Shown here piece after piece: positions 11,690-24,886 of a stretch of DNA of 64,000 bases. Every line of letters starts with the position of its first letter. Positions within the stretch are counted from its first letter, which is position 1. The notes under the pieces were generated by a model. It worked only from the letters and a program-made list of their open reading frames with translations. It did no database searches and was not told the DNA's origin. Both the position numbers and the translations under genes were made by a program. Source of the DNA: Basidiobolus meristosporus CBS 931.73 (taxonomy: Eukaryota > Fungi > Basidiobolomycota); contig MCFE01000500.1 of the NCBI GenBank assembly GCA_002104905.1, forward strand, positions 1,999 to 65,998, written 5' to 3'.

Positions 11690-12897
11690 TGTGGTAATAG
11701 AGAGTATTCCATTACTACAATATCTCTAAACCAATATTGCACTCATTTCTTTATTTTGCTTTTTGCTATTGTAACACACAAATGAAAGATCAAGAATTTC
11801 CAATTTTGAAGAACAAATGCTCCAGACCCTGACAAGCAATCCACCCAACAATATTATGTCATACAGAACACGTAGTAGCCAACACATGTTTCAAATTACA
11901 GCTCATTTGAAGGGTTATGACCAAAAGAGTCCAATTATTATATATACTATGCCTTATAGCTAGGATTACTAGGGTGACTTTGATCGCGTGTAACTTTTGA
12001 ACCAGTTAATCAAATCACGCGAAATTTTCACAGGTGCTGCGCCTATGTCCAATCTACGCCACTGCAAAATTTTAGCTTTGTATCACGTGTATTGCTTGCG
12101 CAATCGCCCAAAAACTTTGATCCTTCAAGAATTCCATATATATGACTTCCCCAGCTGAAAAATAAAGGAGAGCCTCTCTTTCCAAATCTCCACACTGCAA
12201 TTACAAGTTTAAAGGTTATAAGACTTCCCCTGCATCACTTGCACTGTTGAGTATTCTGACTTTGATCAGTACTACATCAATACAGAGACTGCAAAGCTCA
12301 CAAGAATCCAATCTAAGTTCTACAAGAAACTACCACTTTTCTGTTGGAAAAGTCCCCTCTAAGAAACCCCTTTGCTCTAAAGACACCCCTTTAGACACCC
12401 GTTTAGAGACCCCTTTAAGAAACCCCTTTACTCTAAAGAAGCCCCTTTAGGCACCCCTTTAGAGTAAAGTCCACTTTAGAGATCACTACAAGAAGCCCCT
12501 TTACTCTAAGGACACCCTTTAAACACCCCTTTAGGTCTAAAGACCCCTTGAGACTTCTACAACACACCCCTTTAGGTTAAAGGGGAGTTCAGAACTTCTA
12601 TATTAGGAAATATTTTCTCAGAAAGGAAAGTGACTTCCAAATAAGGAAAGGTTACTATAAAAGTAAATAAGCCGTTTAGTCAACAGAAGGTCAGAACACT
12701 GCTGTAGAAGTCATAAACACTGCCTACAGCATATTTTGAGCCTAAGATTGAGCAAATTGGGAAAGTTATATCTTCTATCAGTATATCAAACTCCCAATAA
12801 ACTACTTCAGTATTAGCATACTGGAAGTTGTTGTATATTGTTGATTAGCCTCTACATTGTAGAACAAGCCCCAAACTAGTCATAATACAACACAACA
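11690..12897. mobile_element. Long solo LTR (1,208 bp), 4-bp TSD TATC, inserted in the family-B LTR
   Basis: TGTGGTAAT...CACAACA flanked by tatc at 11686-11689 and 12898-12901. The host LTR sequence resumes as in the uninterrupted copy near 7460-7480. Confidence 0.8.
12352..12576. repeat. Degenerate tandem array of about 14 ccccttta-like units (12-19 bp spacing)
   Basis: Visible units such as aaacccctttgctctaaagacacccctttagacacccgtttagagacccctttaagaaacccctttactctaaagaagcccctttaggcacccctttag. Confidence 0.9.
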
Positions 12898-15800
12898 TAT
12901 CATGGCAACTACTTAGTTGTTGGATAGATCTCAGATGACTAATCCTTTGGAAAGGCTTAGCAGATCAGTCAAGGATGTAATGACCACTTGAAAATTGATC
13001 AGGTGCAACAGCAAAAAATAGATTCTGAGAAATGATAAAATAAACCATAACAAGATTTGGTTATGTTTGGGTTAGGAAAAATCAGTTATAGAACTAGATT
13101 TTCTAACAGAGTGAAATTGGCTAAGTTTAAAATGTTCATGCACAACATTGACAAGATTTGATTTGAGCTGTGACAATAATTACATGGCATTGTTGCGGTC
13201 TTATTCTACTCTACTGCTATTTTAGGTGGATCCAACCAGCCAGAACATCCAATTGCCTTATATGGCAAGAAACTTGACAGTATTTTGATGGCCTCACAGC
13301 AAGACTCCCATGGCAATATAATCACAGTATGGCAGCCTACTGCAAGTTCTGTATAATGCTACTGTACCAATTTACCAAATGGTATTTCCTTTTTCTACCT
13401 CCCCTTGTGCAATTCATATATTCCACTATAGACTCATCCCTCTTTATTTGCTTACCCACTACTACCTTGGGTATTCCACACATAGTTCAAATCAAAAAAA
13501 ACTATGGCCTTCTGCTTACTAACCTCTACAAACAGGCACACCTGCTGCAATTGACATCTATCACCTCAACTTTATGGCTTTTTAGTGTGATACTTGCAAA
13601 GTTGCCATATACCTTGCATTGCTTAAACATATACATCTTGCAAACATATGCTTGGTTGTTGCCACTTATTCCATGAATACCTCCTGAATATCTGCAAAGA
13701 ACTTCTCAGTATTTAGCAAATATATTCCTTCTCCCTGCTGGATTCTGGTCCCCCTTATAGGTGTGCTCTAGCTCTTGTTTATGTTATTCTGCATTGAATG
13801 GTGTAGAAGTTGACTAGTAACCAAGAGAAATCCAGCATACCTTGGTAGAGTTTTCCTAATAAAAATAGTTGCTTGTGGCACCCAACCCAACTTTGCATTA
13901 CTTAGCTGATTACCCATGCATTGGGGCTGCTTAGCTTCTTAATGCCATAGGCATAAGTGTCTTCATGTACACATTTGTCCTCAGTATTTTCCACCTCTGC
14001 CTGGCTGTCCTCCAGGTTCCAACTCATCACATCCATGACAGACTTGAAGGTAATATTCTTGATGAGACTGAGATATGGTAGTACCTGCAACTTGACTTGT
14101 CTTCCTATCTCCCCACACATCTGCTCCATAGGAAACTCCCAAAAGGTGTAGCAAGGCCCAATATTCTCCACACACCATGCAAGATGGAGTAGAGAATGGA
14201 TACAGTAGTGGCAGAGATCTATGCATTCAGCTTTAAGTTTGTAGTATAACCGCTCAAATCCCGTTACAAACTCCTTGCACAACAGCTGTATATTTGTCAA
14301 GTTGGAATTGGTGATCTGCTTCTGGATAAATGTTCCTGCAATGTCCACAAATGACTCCAAATGCTTTCATTGTAGTCTTGGTGGGAATGGCTTCAAAATG
14401 CCACTTGAATAAATGCATATCCAGTCCATCCAGTCTTTGCATTTGTATTGTAGCATATGCAAATGAATATTGATTGGAGCTTGTAAGAAGTACTTAGCGC
14501 AGCAGATATTCTGTAATATCTTGCCATTTGTTTCAAATATCTCTGGCATCTTGAAGGGCTCATTTAGCTTGAAATGCCCTGTGCACAACTAGGTCATCAG
14601 CATATGGATATAGTTGAAAAGCAAATGCATTGCTCCCAGTGGAAAGCTTTTGCTCCAATAGATACCCACTATCTTAAGTATCTCTGGGTTGCAGCTGACT
14701 CCATATTCCGGCCAATGGCTTATAGCTTGCCAACTTTGCTGCAATTGCATGCTGACCTCTGTACGTTCTTACTGTGGGAAGATGATGTTCTTAGTGCTGG
14801 TGCTAGGGTAATAATAATGTGTGTGAATTATGGAATAAATCCCCTGGATTTCACACTCTCAACAGCAATACCATCCATTTTGCTCAGGAAAACCTGCTAT
14901 CTTGCTGATGGCTGGGGTATCTCCAATGCAGATAATATGCGCTTTTGCATGATGGCTATTTACTGTTATCCCACTGGAAAGCATACAAAATTTATCTAGC
15001 AGTGGATACAGGTAGCTATCCAGGTTGGATGGTGATTTAGGCCCAGATACCAGTGAGACTACCATCAGATTACTGCTCTGATATTGTAAGATGGGCAGTG
15101 GATTCAGATTGATGATAATCAGTGGCCAGCAGGATTTGCCAGTAGAGTACTTGCTTATTGAGAATCCATCAAGTGCTAAGGCAAAGGAATGGTCATACAT
15201 ACCTTCATAGTAGCCCTTCCTTCTTGACTGTTTGTAATGTTTGCCATTAAATATATTGGATATGTTTGCACTTGATTGATACTGAGTATGGTACTGTAAT
15301 GCTTTGCAATATTTGTTGGACTGCATCAGCTTCCTCAGACAGGGTATTAGCAGAATATATCTGGAGTGTCAACAATGCTTTTCCTCAATGGTGGCAGATT
15401 CCTGACAATTTGGACATGTTCCAATGGTAGCATTTTTGGATGTCAATGCCATGCAACTGTTAACACATGCTGGTATCAGGACAGTCTCTGGATCATATGT
15501 TGCCAGCCACATGACAGTTGTCCACCTATGCCATGTGCATGGTAAGTTGCATCCTGGAATGATTTTGGTAACAAGTAATAGTATATCCTCAAAGCCCCCA
15601 TTACTAATATTAGTGGAAACACACCACTTCTCCAGCCACAACATTACATCATTCACCAGTAGACGGAGTACTGGGCTCACTTAGTTCCATAAAGTATCCT
15701 TGGCATTTGTTTCAACAGGTGTTGTTGTATTGCATATTGGGATTTGACTGCACTCATATGCAATACTGTTGTTAGGGGAGATAGGCTCACAATTCATCAG

Positions 15801-17253
15801 TGAACCTTCCCTGTCAGAGCTATCACTCTACATACCTTATTCAGAAGGCTGAGATGAGCCTAAAGGCATCACAAGCTCACCTGACACAGTTTGCGCAAGG
15901 TGACAAAGATGGCCAGGTGCCAATAAAGAAGTATCAACTGGCCAGCAAGATAATATTGGTACACTAGTGACTAATGCATGGTCAAATATGACTTATGTGG
16001 CAAAACACTAGCTGTGATCCTTGTAATACTTCCTATTCCATCTTTGTGCTTCATGGCTGAGAGGCTTGCCACAATAGCAACATGATCTTTTTTCTCTTCT
16101 CTTATGGCATTGAATCAAAGTAGTCTTTTCCATGGGGAAAACAGATTGACCTTCAACAATGTACACTTTTATATCACTTTTTGGTCAATACCCATGTAAA
16201 TTTAAGACAGTCTTGTATTTGAGACATTGCACCTACATGAATGTAAGATTCAATGATGACATGCCATAGGAAGCATTATTAACAAAGTTGTGGCACCATG
16301 TGCACACTTATATGTAACACATTTCCCCTTTGGTTTGAATCACCTCCATATATATGCCATCAAAAAATAAAGCAAAGTTGTCTGGTTCTCAACCAAAACC
16401 CACTGCTGATGGCAGCAGAAGAACAGTTGGACAACAGCTTGCATTAGCATTTAGTGCAACAAGCAGGGCTACATCCAAAAAAGGCCATGTGAACAGTGTG
16501 TCCACTAAAGGTAATAGTGCAGACTCCTCAAGCTTGCAGTCAAGTAGGCAATCAAGAACCTCTGTGGAGCCACAAGCCAACTGTTATACCCAGGCAGAAG
16601 AGAATGTAGCAAATGCAGTACCCTTGGCTGAAGACTAGCAAGTGGCCATCATAACATCACCACTACCCATATTAGCAAGTATGTTGTCAGCTCATACCAA
16701 AGCATTAATGTAGTAATTAGGTGCAGTGGCTGATAGGATTAATGCAATGGCCCAGAGAAATCAGGAAATAGTCCACAAGCAGGATGAGTGGACAAAAGGT
16801 GTAGAGCAATCAATATCCCAGGTGGTGAAAGCAGTATCTTTGCTGCAAAGAAGGAACTCAAATAGCTCAATTTCACACCCAAGAATTGAGCCATTTCCCA
16901 ATGTAACAGCTGAGGAACACTGTACAGTCGTTGAAGCACAACAATAGTGCCCAAAGATAATCCCACAGAGAAACCTATCACAGCATGGGAGGGAGACAAT
17001 ATGGTGTTTATACCAAAGCCTAACAATCAAAAGACATTGAAGCACCATGAAGCTGTTGAGTGTAATAATGAAGAGTGGGCTAATATTTAAGAGGTCATCA
17101 GAAATCTAGCACACCATCACCTTATGGCTGGCATACCATGTGACCATCAGGAACTTAAGGCCAAGCAGAATGCACTTGACTTGTTCCATGAGCATTATCC
17201 AAGATTCAAACAGGCAAACAGATTTTGGGCCAGTATTGGTATGCTAAGACAGT

Positions 17254-17986
17254 AGACTTGTTCCGTTGGATAGTGCCACATTGAGCCATGAGTGCCAAAT
17301 GATGCCATAGTGTGCCAGAGAGGTAAAGTGAGCCTTTACCTGGCCACAGAGTGTGAAACATATCTCTGCATTTTCATGCAAAGCAGCCCCTGTGTTTCAC
17401 CCATTGCGCAGGAGAAAATCCATTTTTTGACCTTTTTTTGTGGATCAATGTAGCTCAGGATGTGTAAGAGCACAGGAGAACTGAAGATATACATCTGGTA
17501 CTCAATACCCATGGCACTCTGAATCTAGCTCCTGTAGCTTGTATCATGTCACAAAAATGAATGGCACTTTCTTGGTCCACTGGCACTATCTGGCACTATA
17601 TTTAAATATTAGCCCTAAAGTAAGATCTATACAAAGCACTTATAGTGCCAGATAGTGCCAGTGGACCAAGAAAGTGCCATTCATTTTTGTGACATGATAC
17701 AAGCTACAGGAGCTAGATTCAGAGTGCCATGGGTATTGAGTACCAGATGCATATTGTCAATCTGCTTGTGCTCAAACACATCCTGCACAACATTGATCCA
17801 AAAAAAAGATCAAAAAATGGATTTTCTCCAACACAATGGGTGAAACACAGGGGCTGCTTTGCATGAAGATGCAGAGCTATATTTCACACTCTGTGGCCAG
17901 GTAGAGGCTCACTTGGCCTTTCTGGCACACTATGGCATCATTTGGCACTCATGGCTCAATGTGGCACTATCCAACGGAACAAGTCT
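17254..17986. mobile_element. Fold-back MITE 1 (733 bp; ~346-bp inverted arms, 40-bp loop), PHIS/Harbinger-type
   Basis: AGACTTGTTCCGTTGGATAGTGCC...GGCACTATCCAACGGAACAAGTCT, flanks AGT/ACT. The empty site gctaagacagtatcttaagaat is seen reverse-complemented near 9640-9665. Confidence 0.95.
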
Positions 17987-19486
17987 ACTATCTTAAGAAT
18001 AGCAGACACTATCAGAGGCAGAAGAACAAGGGTGCCATGGCTAAAAATCAGGAGCTTCCTCAAGAGCCCATTACAAGCAGGGCCAAAAGCTCTAGACAAG
18101 CATCAAAAAGACATCAGGTAGCTGGAAGTGTGCTAATTAGGGACAAGCAGGCAGACACAGATACACCAGCACAAAATCAATCAAGGAAAAAGAATATTGC
18201 CACTCAAGAGGCACTCAGTCAAAATAGCAGTAAAGGACTTGGCAGTAATAAAAGCCAGTGGCTATAACAGGAGCCCATCACAACTATGGTTGAGAGCTTG
18301 AAACAAGCGGGAAAGAATTGTCAGATTGCCAGGAGGGAGCCAGCAAGGGACAAGCAGGCCAGAACAGAAGCATCAGAGCAGAATTTTTAAAGGAGAAAAC
18401 ATAGTTCACTATAGGAAGCACTCAGACAAAGTAGCAGTGAAATACCTGGCAGTGATAAAGGAAAAGATAAAGGGAAAGATGTCTACCCAGGCCTGAGACA
18501 GGGAGGCATGCAAAAAAAACTGCAGTTCTTGCCAACCATCACTGCAAGCCTGGAACAGATTGAATCTTATCATAGCCAAGAAGAATTACAAACAAGAAAA
18601 CAGCTGCTTTCACAAGAGTTGGAAGCTCAGCCAGTTGCGCTACACTCCAGCAAGGTAGATGAGTTTGCAGAAAAAGGCAATTTGTTGCCACAGCCTCCAC
18701 ATCCTCTGTTGTTGACAAAGTGGAGATCCCACTGACAGACAAGGCTTCAATGTCAACAACTCAAAGGACTATCATGCCACCTTCAGTAGATTTTTGGAAC
18801 ATTGATAAGCACACAAAGAGGTTGCAGCACTTCTTCAAGAGCAGTGCTTAAGAAAACGCACTTGAATATTGTAGGATTTATTGCAAAGACTGGCAGATTA
18901 GGTGCAAATCCTTGCAGTGCCAGCTGAAGACCAGGACATGTGGGAATCAGCAAATGAACAGTGGCATAAAGCTATTGGGTTCCCACCAAAGTTGTGGAAC
19001 CAGAGTGTTATAACAGAAATATGTACTGAGTGGTGGATCTTAATGGAGTTATTTGTCAAGTGTGGGGTTGGGCTTAATGTTAGTGTAGGGTATAGGGGCT
19101 TGTAAAGATCAATACAATTGGCAACTGAGGTACAACTGAAGTTTCAACAGAAATAAATCAATTTGTATGCATGAAAAGTGAGAGAAATGGTTGAGTCAGG
19201 AAGTAAGCAGTATGAAAAAGTGGTAATATCCAATCAATGCACACAAATGTAGGAGGTGATAGAGTGTCCAGGATCAGAAAGTGAGCAAATTGACAGGGAA
19301 CCAGTCAATAGCCACTTATACATAGTTGTGATGAAATAATTTTGACCAAGTTTATGTGAAATCTGGGATGCAATTATTTTCCAACGTTCTCCAGATGGTG
19401 TCCTGAAAGGATCAGTACCTCTTAGTCACAGGACTTTAACTTTGTGACAGCCTTTTGATAGGATCATAGCAATAACTTTCATAGAG

Positions 19487-20795
19487 GCATGTGGCTTTGT
19501 GTCACTATTCATTCAACATTTCCCATATGTCATGGTCTTCAGCCAGCACTGTACAGTATTGCACCTCATCTGCCAGTCTTTGCAATATATTCCAGTATAT
19601 ATAAATCTATATGTTCCCATGGTATGTCAGCCTTAAGGTAGTGCCATGCTAGACATCTAATGAACTCTTCAATAATGGCTCACTCTTTGTCATTGCACTC
19701 AAAGGCTTCCTGGATCTTCAATGTCTTTTGATTTTTAGGCTTGGGTATAAGCACCACAGTCTCTGCCTGCCATGTTGTGATTGGTTTATCTGCGGGCTAT
19801 ATCTTTGAGTAATGTTGTTGTACTTCAAAGACTGTATGATGCTCCCCTGTTGATACATTGGGAAATGGCTCAATTCTTAGCTGTGACATTGAGCTACATG
19901 GGTTCCTTCTTAGCATCAAAGATGCTACATTCTCCATCTAGGATATTGCTTACTCTGCATGTATTGTCCACTCATTCTGTTTCTGGACTGTTTCCTAATT
20001 TCTTTAGGCCCTTGCATCTTTCCAATCAGCTACTGTACCTAATTGCCTCATTAATACTATGGTATTAGCTGACAAAAAACTTGCTAATACAGGTGGTGAT
20101 GATGCTATGAAGGCCACACGCTGGTCTCAACTGAAGGTACTGTGTTTGCTACATTTTCATATGCCTGTGCTTTATGGTCAGCTGCAGCTCTGTAGAGAAT
20201 CTCATTTGCCTACTTAACTGAGAACCTGAGGAGTCCACATTAGTACCTTCAGTTGGCACACTGTCAACATGGCCTTTTTTGGATGTAGCCCCATTTGTTG
20301 CACTGAATGCCAAAGCAAGCTGTTGTCCAACCATTCTTATGCTGCTGTTAAGGGTGGTGTTTGGTTGGGAACTAGAGAATCTTGCTTTATTTTTTGGTGG
20401 AATATATATGAAAGTAAGTTCAACCAAAGGGGAAATAGTATTACATATCCATGTGTAGGTGCTGCCACAACTTTATTTTTGATGCTTAGTATGGCTGGTC
20501 ATCATTGAATCTTACATTCATGAGGGTGTAATGTCTCAAATACACAATTGTCTTAGTTCACATGAGTACAGGCAAAGAAGCAACACATTAGTGTTATGTT
20601 GTTGAGTGTCAAACAAATTGCCCCAAAGAGAAGATTACTTTGACTCAATGCTGTAAGTGAAGAGAAAAAAGATCATGTGGCTATTGTAACAAGCCTCTCA
20701 GTCATGAAGCATGCAGACAGCATTGGAAGTATTACAAGGATCATGCACAATGTTTTGCCACACAAGTCATATCTGAGCCTGTATCTGGCACTACC
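19487..20795. mobile_element. Internally deleted, degenerate EnSpm fragment (accessory-gene pieces and transposase Zn-finger start)
   Basis: Piecewise similarity to 8690-8770, 9740-10000, 10190-10920 and 34300-35050. Confidence 0.7.
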
Positions 20796-20797
20796 GT

Positions 20798-22490
20798 TGT
20801 GGTGGTGTATAGGTCCAAGGGAGAGATACGTCTAACACTTCTCAAGTGTTTTGTGTGTGGGGTGTTCACTGGGTGCAATAACCTCTGGCAAAAGCTGCTA
20901 GGAATACTTGGGTTCTGTCTCTAATCTAATGTGAAGGGGAATAAAGCCACAAGCTTGTCAAGGGAAAGCTATTGAGCTACAATCCCCAACTTAGTTGGCA
21001 TCTTAACAAAAGTATGTGCTGGGTTCAGCGTCCTTTGAGATGACAATGTACTAAAGCTTCCAAAGTCAAAACTGTTGCAATTTTCTGAGGAGTATTGGAA
21101 GTGATGTGGAGAACTATAGGATTTACATGTTATTCACTTGTAGATTTATTGATCAAAAGTATGGTATTTATACTTTTGATAAAGTAGAGGAAACAAACGT
21201 GTAGAGTTTGTTAAGGAAGGTCCCAAGAATATGTGTGCAAAGTTTGGGGTCTTTTGGACAACTTTGAGAAAAATAATAATCTGGGTACCTGACAATTTGG
21301 TGAAAATATTCTAAGTAAATCCCGACAAGAAATCTAGTCAGGACAGAATGCTAATCACAGAATAAGATCTATGTGACTAAGTTAGCATGAATATTTAGGT
21401 GACAATTCAATAATTACAACACTCCCACTCAACAAAATATTCATGAGTAATAAATAGATATTGTGAGTGTGCAATCTGTAATAAGCGTATAAGATTTAAC
21501 TGTTTTGTATACTGGACTAATATATTATTCAAAGGTGTATGCATTTGTGTTCAACTTAATAGAACAAGTAACTTGGAATTCAGTATGCATATCTACTTAG
21601 TAATATGCCTAAAAATCTGAATGATCTGATCATAATACTAATCATTCTACTTTAGGCAAGTACATGAACCAAGACCCATGGCACATGATCAAGCTGTGAT
21701 GCCATCCCTACAATTTTCATTCCATATATAGTATTCCTATGTTATGAAGGCTTCCAAATACTAATCTCTGATTGGTTGGGTGTTTTGTGTCTTTGAGAAC
21801 CTTTTGGCATTGACTTAAAACATTCTTAGGTCATTCTGATGTCATCAAGGTTTTTATTGATCTCCCAAACTCTCTGGAGCACCATGCTTAGTAATCACTT
21901 AGCCAGTGACAAAGGTATATAAGGGGGGCAGTCCCTTGACAATAAATCATCATCCCTTTAATCAATACACCAACTTGTTGATTAGTGTGATCATTGCTAC
22001 CTACTGCTACTGCAACTTCCAATACCAGACCACAGGACACTCCTGGGAAACTCTACTGACAGCCAACTGACCTTGGGGGCACTACTTCTGAGAAATACTC
22101 AGAGTGGGCATCTTTTGTTATATTTGATTCTTTCCCAGGTGTGTTCTAGCACAGGCAAGGATACTTTTCTATGCTTGTAACTATTGACCATAGCTGAGCT
22201 CTTATCAAGCCACTGCTGGGTGAGCTTAAAGTTTTTTGACTTTGGAAGCTTTGTACATTTTCAACTCAAAGGAAGCTGAAACTGGCACATATTTTTGTTA
22301 AGATGCCAACTAAGTTGGGGATTGAAGCTAAAAAATTCTCACTCAACAAGCTTGTGGCTTTGCTCCCCTTTGCATTGGTGTAGAGATATAACCATGTATT
22401 CCTAGCAAGCATTTGCTGGAGGTTGTGGCACCTAGTGATCACTGCACACACAACACATGTGAGAAGTCTTGAATATATCACTCACTTGGG
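20798..22490. mobile_element. Two adjacent, oppositely oriented LTR-derived segments of the family of the 36832 solo LTR
   Basis: 20798-21070 matches 36832-37100 (TGTGGTGGTGTAT...). About 21920-22480 matches 36870-37420 in reverse complement, including TATA gtatataag. A PPT-like ctcccactcaaca lies at 21421. Confidence 0.6.
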
Positions 22491-23286
22491 CTTGTAACCA
22501 TGATACTGTATAGCCTGAAACCATCCGCAGTGTATGGCCCAGCAGAATGCAAGTGACCTGTTCCATGAGCATTATCCTATATTCAAACAAGCAATCAGAT
22601 TTTTGGCCAGGATTAGTCCACTAAGAAAGCATCCCTGCAATAGCAAACACTTTGAAAGGCATAGGACCTGCAGTGCCATGGCTAAAGCCAACATCTTCCT
22701 CAAGCACCTGTTGCAAGCAGGGCCACAGGTCCAAACAAGCAGCCAAGAAGTGTCAAGAAGCTAGCTCAGTGCTGGTAAGCAACAAGAAGGCAGGAATGGA
22801 GTACAGCTTTTACCAAGGAAAAGGTGTAGCATCATTCATGAGGCACTCTGTTGAGAAGCAGCAAGGAACCGGTCAGTGATATGTATTATTGTCTTCCTCA
22901 GAAGTTTCTGACAACTAGGGCTGAAAGCTCAACACACGTGGCAAAGAAATGTCAGGAAGCCAGAGGAGTGCCAGTAAGAGACAAGCAGGCAGAGATGGAT
23001 GCATCAGTGCTGCACTTTTTAAAAGGAAGATGTAGTTCAGTTCTCAAAGTACTCAGCCAAGTTAAAATTGAAAGTACTGGCAGTAATAAAGTAAAAGGAA
23101 AAGGGCAAAATGTCTACCTAATCCGGAGATAGAGAAACATAAGAAAAAAGGTGCAGCTTTCACCTATCAAAACAGGATATATTGCAAAGACTATAGATAA
23201 GGTGCTAGCTCTATCTGGGCTGGCCGAAGGGCAGGAAATTTGGGAACCAGATAATACATAGTGTCATAAAGCTATAAGGTTCCCAC

Positions 23287-24393
23287 TGTTACAGTTCTTG
23301 ATATAGGAGTTGTAGAGGAATAGGGAGTTTAGCAATTGTTGTATTTGCTAATACTTGAACCGATGTTTTTTGAGGTTCCAGCAGCACCTTATCTACAAAT
23401 CTGTGAGATCAGTTGCTGACTAATTGGATTTTTTAATATAGGTTGCAGCTGATGACTCATTTGATTGCATCATCATCACCATTTAAGATCTTACTTAATA
23501 GACTTGTTCCATTGGATAGTGCCACATTGATCCATGAGTGCCAAATGATGCCATAGTGTGCCAGAGAGGCCAAGTGAGCCTATACTTGGCCACAGAGTGT
23601 GAAACATGTATCTGCATCTTCATGCAAAGCAGCCCCTGTGTTTCACCTGTGATGCAGGAGAAAATCCATTTTTTGACGTTTTTTTGTGGATCAATGTTAT
23701 GCAGGATGTGTAAGAGCACAGAAGAACTGAAGACATGCCTCAGGTTCCCAATACCCATGGCACTCTGAATCTAGCTCCTGTGGCTTGTAACATGTCACAA
23801 CAATGCATGGCACTATCTTGGTCCACTGGTACTATCTGGCACTATATTTAATTATTAGCCCTAAAGTAAGATCCATACAAAGCACTTATAGTGCCAGATA
23901 GTACCAGTGGACCAAGATAGTGCCATGCATTGTGGTGACTTGTTACAAGCCACATGAGCTAGATTTAGAGTGCCATGGGTATTGAGTACTAAATGCATAT
24001 TTTCAATCCTTTTGTGCTCTTACACATCCTGCGCAACATTGACCTAAAAAAAAAGGTCAAAAAATGGATTTTTTCCAACACAATGGGTGAAACACAGGGG
24101 CTGCTTTGCATGAAGATGCAGAGATATGTTTCACACATTGTGGCCAAGTATAGGCTCACTTAGCCTCCCTGGCACACTATGGCATCATTTGGCACTCATG
24201 GCTCAATGTGGCACTATCCGACGGAACAAGTCTAATATATCTATTTCTGTCTTATCAGGCCCTGCTGATTCATCTGCTGACTAATACTACTGATTTGATA
24301 TATTGCACTGACATACTGATAAGCTAAACATAAAACTAATTGATTTGTTCAAAAACTGATCTAACTCAAATACTCAAGTGGGAGATCATAACA
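23287..24393 (-). mobile_element. Gypsy family-A solo LTR containing MITE 2
   Basis: TGTTACAG...GATCATAACA, the same ~365-bp LTR as 28866-29228, in reverse orientation. Confidence 0.8.
23500..24233. mobile_element. Fold-back MITE 2 (734 bp), TSD AAT
   Basis: AGACTTG...CAAGTCT flanked by aat/aat. The empty LTR site aagatcctacctaatatat is visible at about 32327-32345. Confidence 0.95.
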
Positions 24394-24886
24394 ACCAAAA
24401 GCCATGGAAAAGAGTGTTTTAGCACTAATACTTATTGAGTGGTGGATTTTGATGCAGTTGCTTATTGAGCATGCAGTAGGGTGTGATGTTGGTGCTGGTT
24501 CTAGGTACTTCTATGGGTCAGTACAATTAACCATCAGGTTTACAGAAAATTTAATTGAAATAAGCCTATATGTATACCTGATAAGTCAGAGTATTGCCTG
24601 AGTCAGGAATTTTTTGGGGCATAAAAAAGAGCAGTAGCCAATCAATGTGCACACCATGGGAGATGATTGAGTGCTTTAGACTAATAGGTGAGAGAACTGG
24701 TTGAGAATCATTCAAGAGGCACTTATCACTGTAATGAGATTATCTGCCTAAGCTTTTTGTGAGCTCTGAGGTGCAAAATTATAATGGTCTTTGAATGGTG
24801 TTCTTAATGCAACAACACCTCTTAGTTGTGGGATTTAAATTTTGAATTGGCCTCTTGATGAGATCTTCATAGTTACTTTTGTAGGG

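Larger units (their letters stand above)
11238..13147. mobile_element. Solo LTR, family B (~700 bp without its insert), 5-bp TSD TTGAC
   Basis: TGTTATATCC...GCACAACA flanked by ttgac at 11233-11237 and 13148-13152. The empty site gataaaacttgacaat is present in EnSpm copy H near 60650. Confidence 0.85.
11059..19486 (-). mobile_element. CACTA/EnSpm-type transposon, copy B, both termini present, degenerate; contains nested solo LTRs and a MITE
   Basis: Right-end terminus ccttatgaaaagtaatttggtcc at 11059 and left-end terminus (aataactttcatagag) ending 19486. Transposase fragments at 13902-15680 (-) with ACVNSCMA, LALDGF..CWPL, GPKSPSNLDSYL, GDTPAISK and HSLLHL..ENIGP..WEFPME. Accessory ORF fragments at 16354-19105 (+). 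Confidence 0.85.
22490..24886. mobile_element. EnSpm copy D: 3' half of the accessory gene plus left terminus, interrupted by a Gypsy LTR
   Basis: DLFHEHYPIFKQAIRF ORF at 22534. Terminus ttacttttgtaggg ends about 24884-24886. Similar to 17160-19486. Confidence 0.7.

Noticed and set aside
12352-12576. CRISPR-like repeat-spacer array
   Set aside because: Eukaryotic context, units of only about 8-12 bp, no unique 25-45 bp spacers and no cas genes.
17254-17986. Helitron or structured ncRNA gene as the origin of the long hairpins
   Set aside because: TIR-defined ends, 3-bp TSDs, verified empty sites and shared termini with a DDE element identify them as MITEs.
23287-24393. TSD for this solo LTR, and for EnSpm copies B and F
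   Set aside because: Flanks do not give a clean duplication, so no TSD is claimed.
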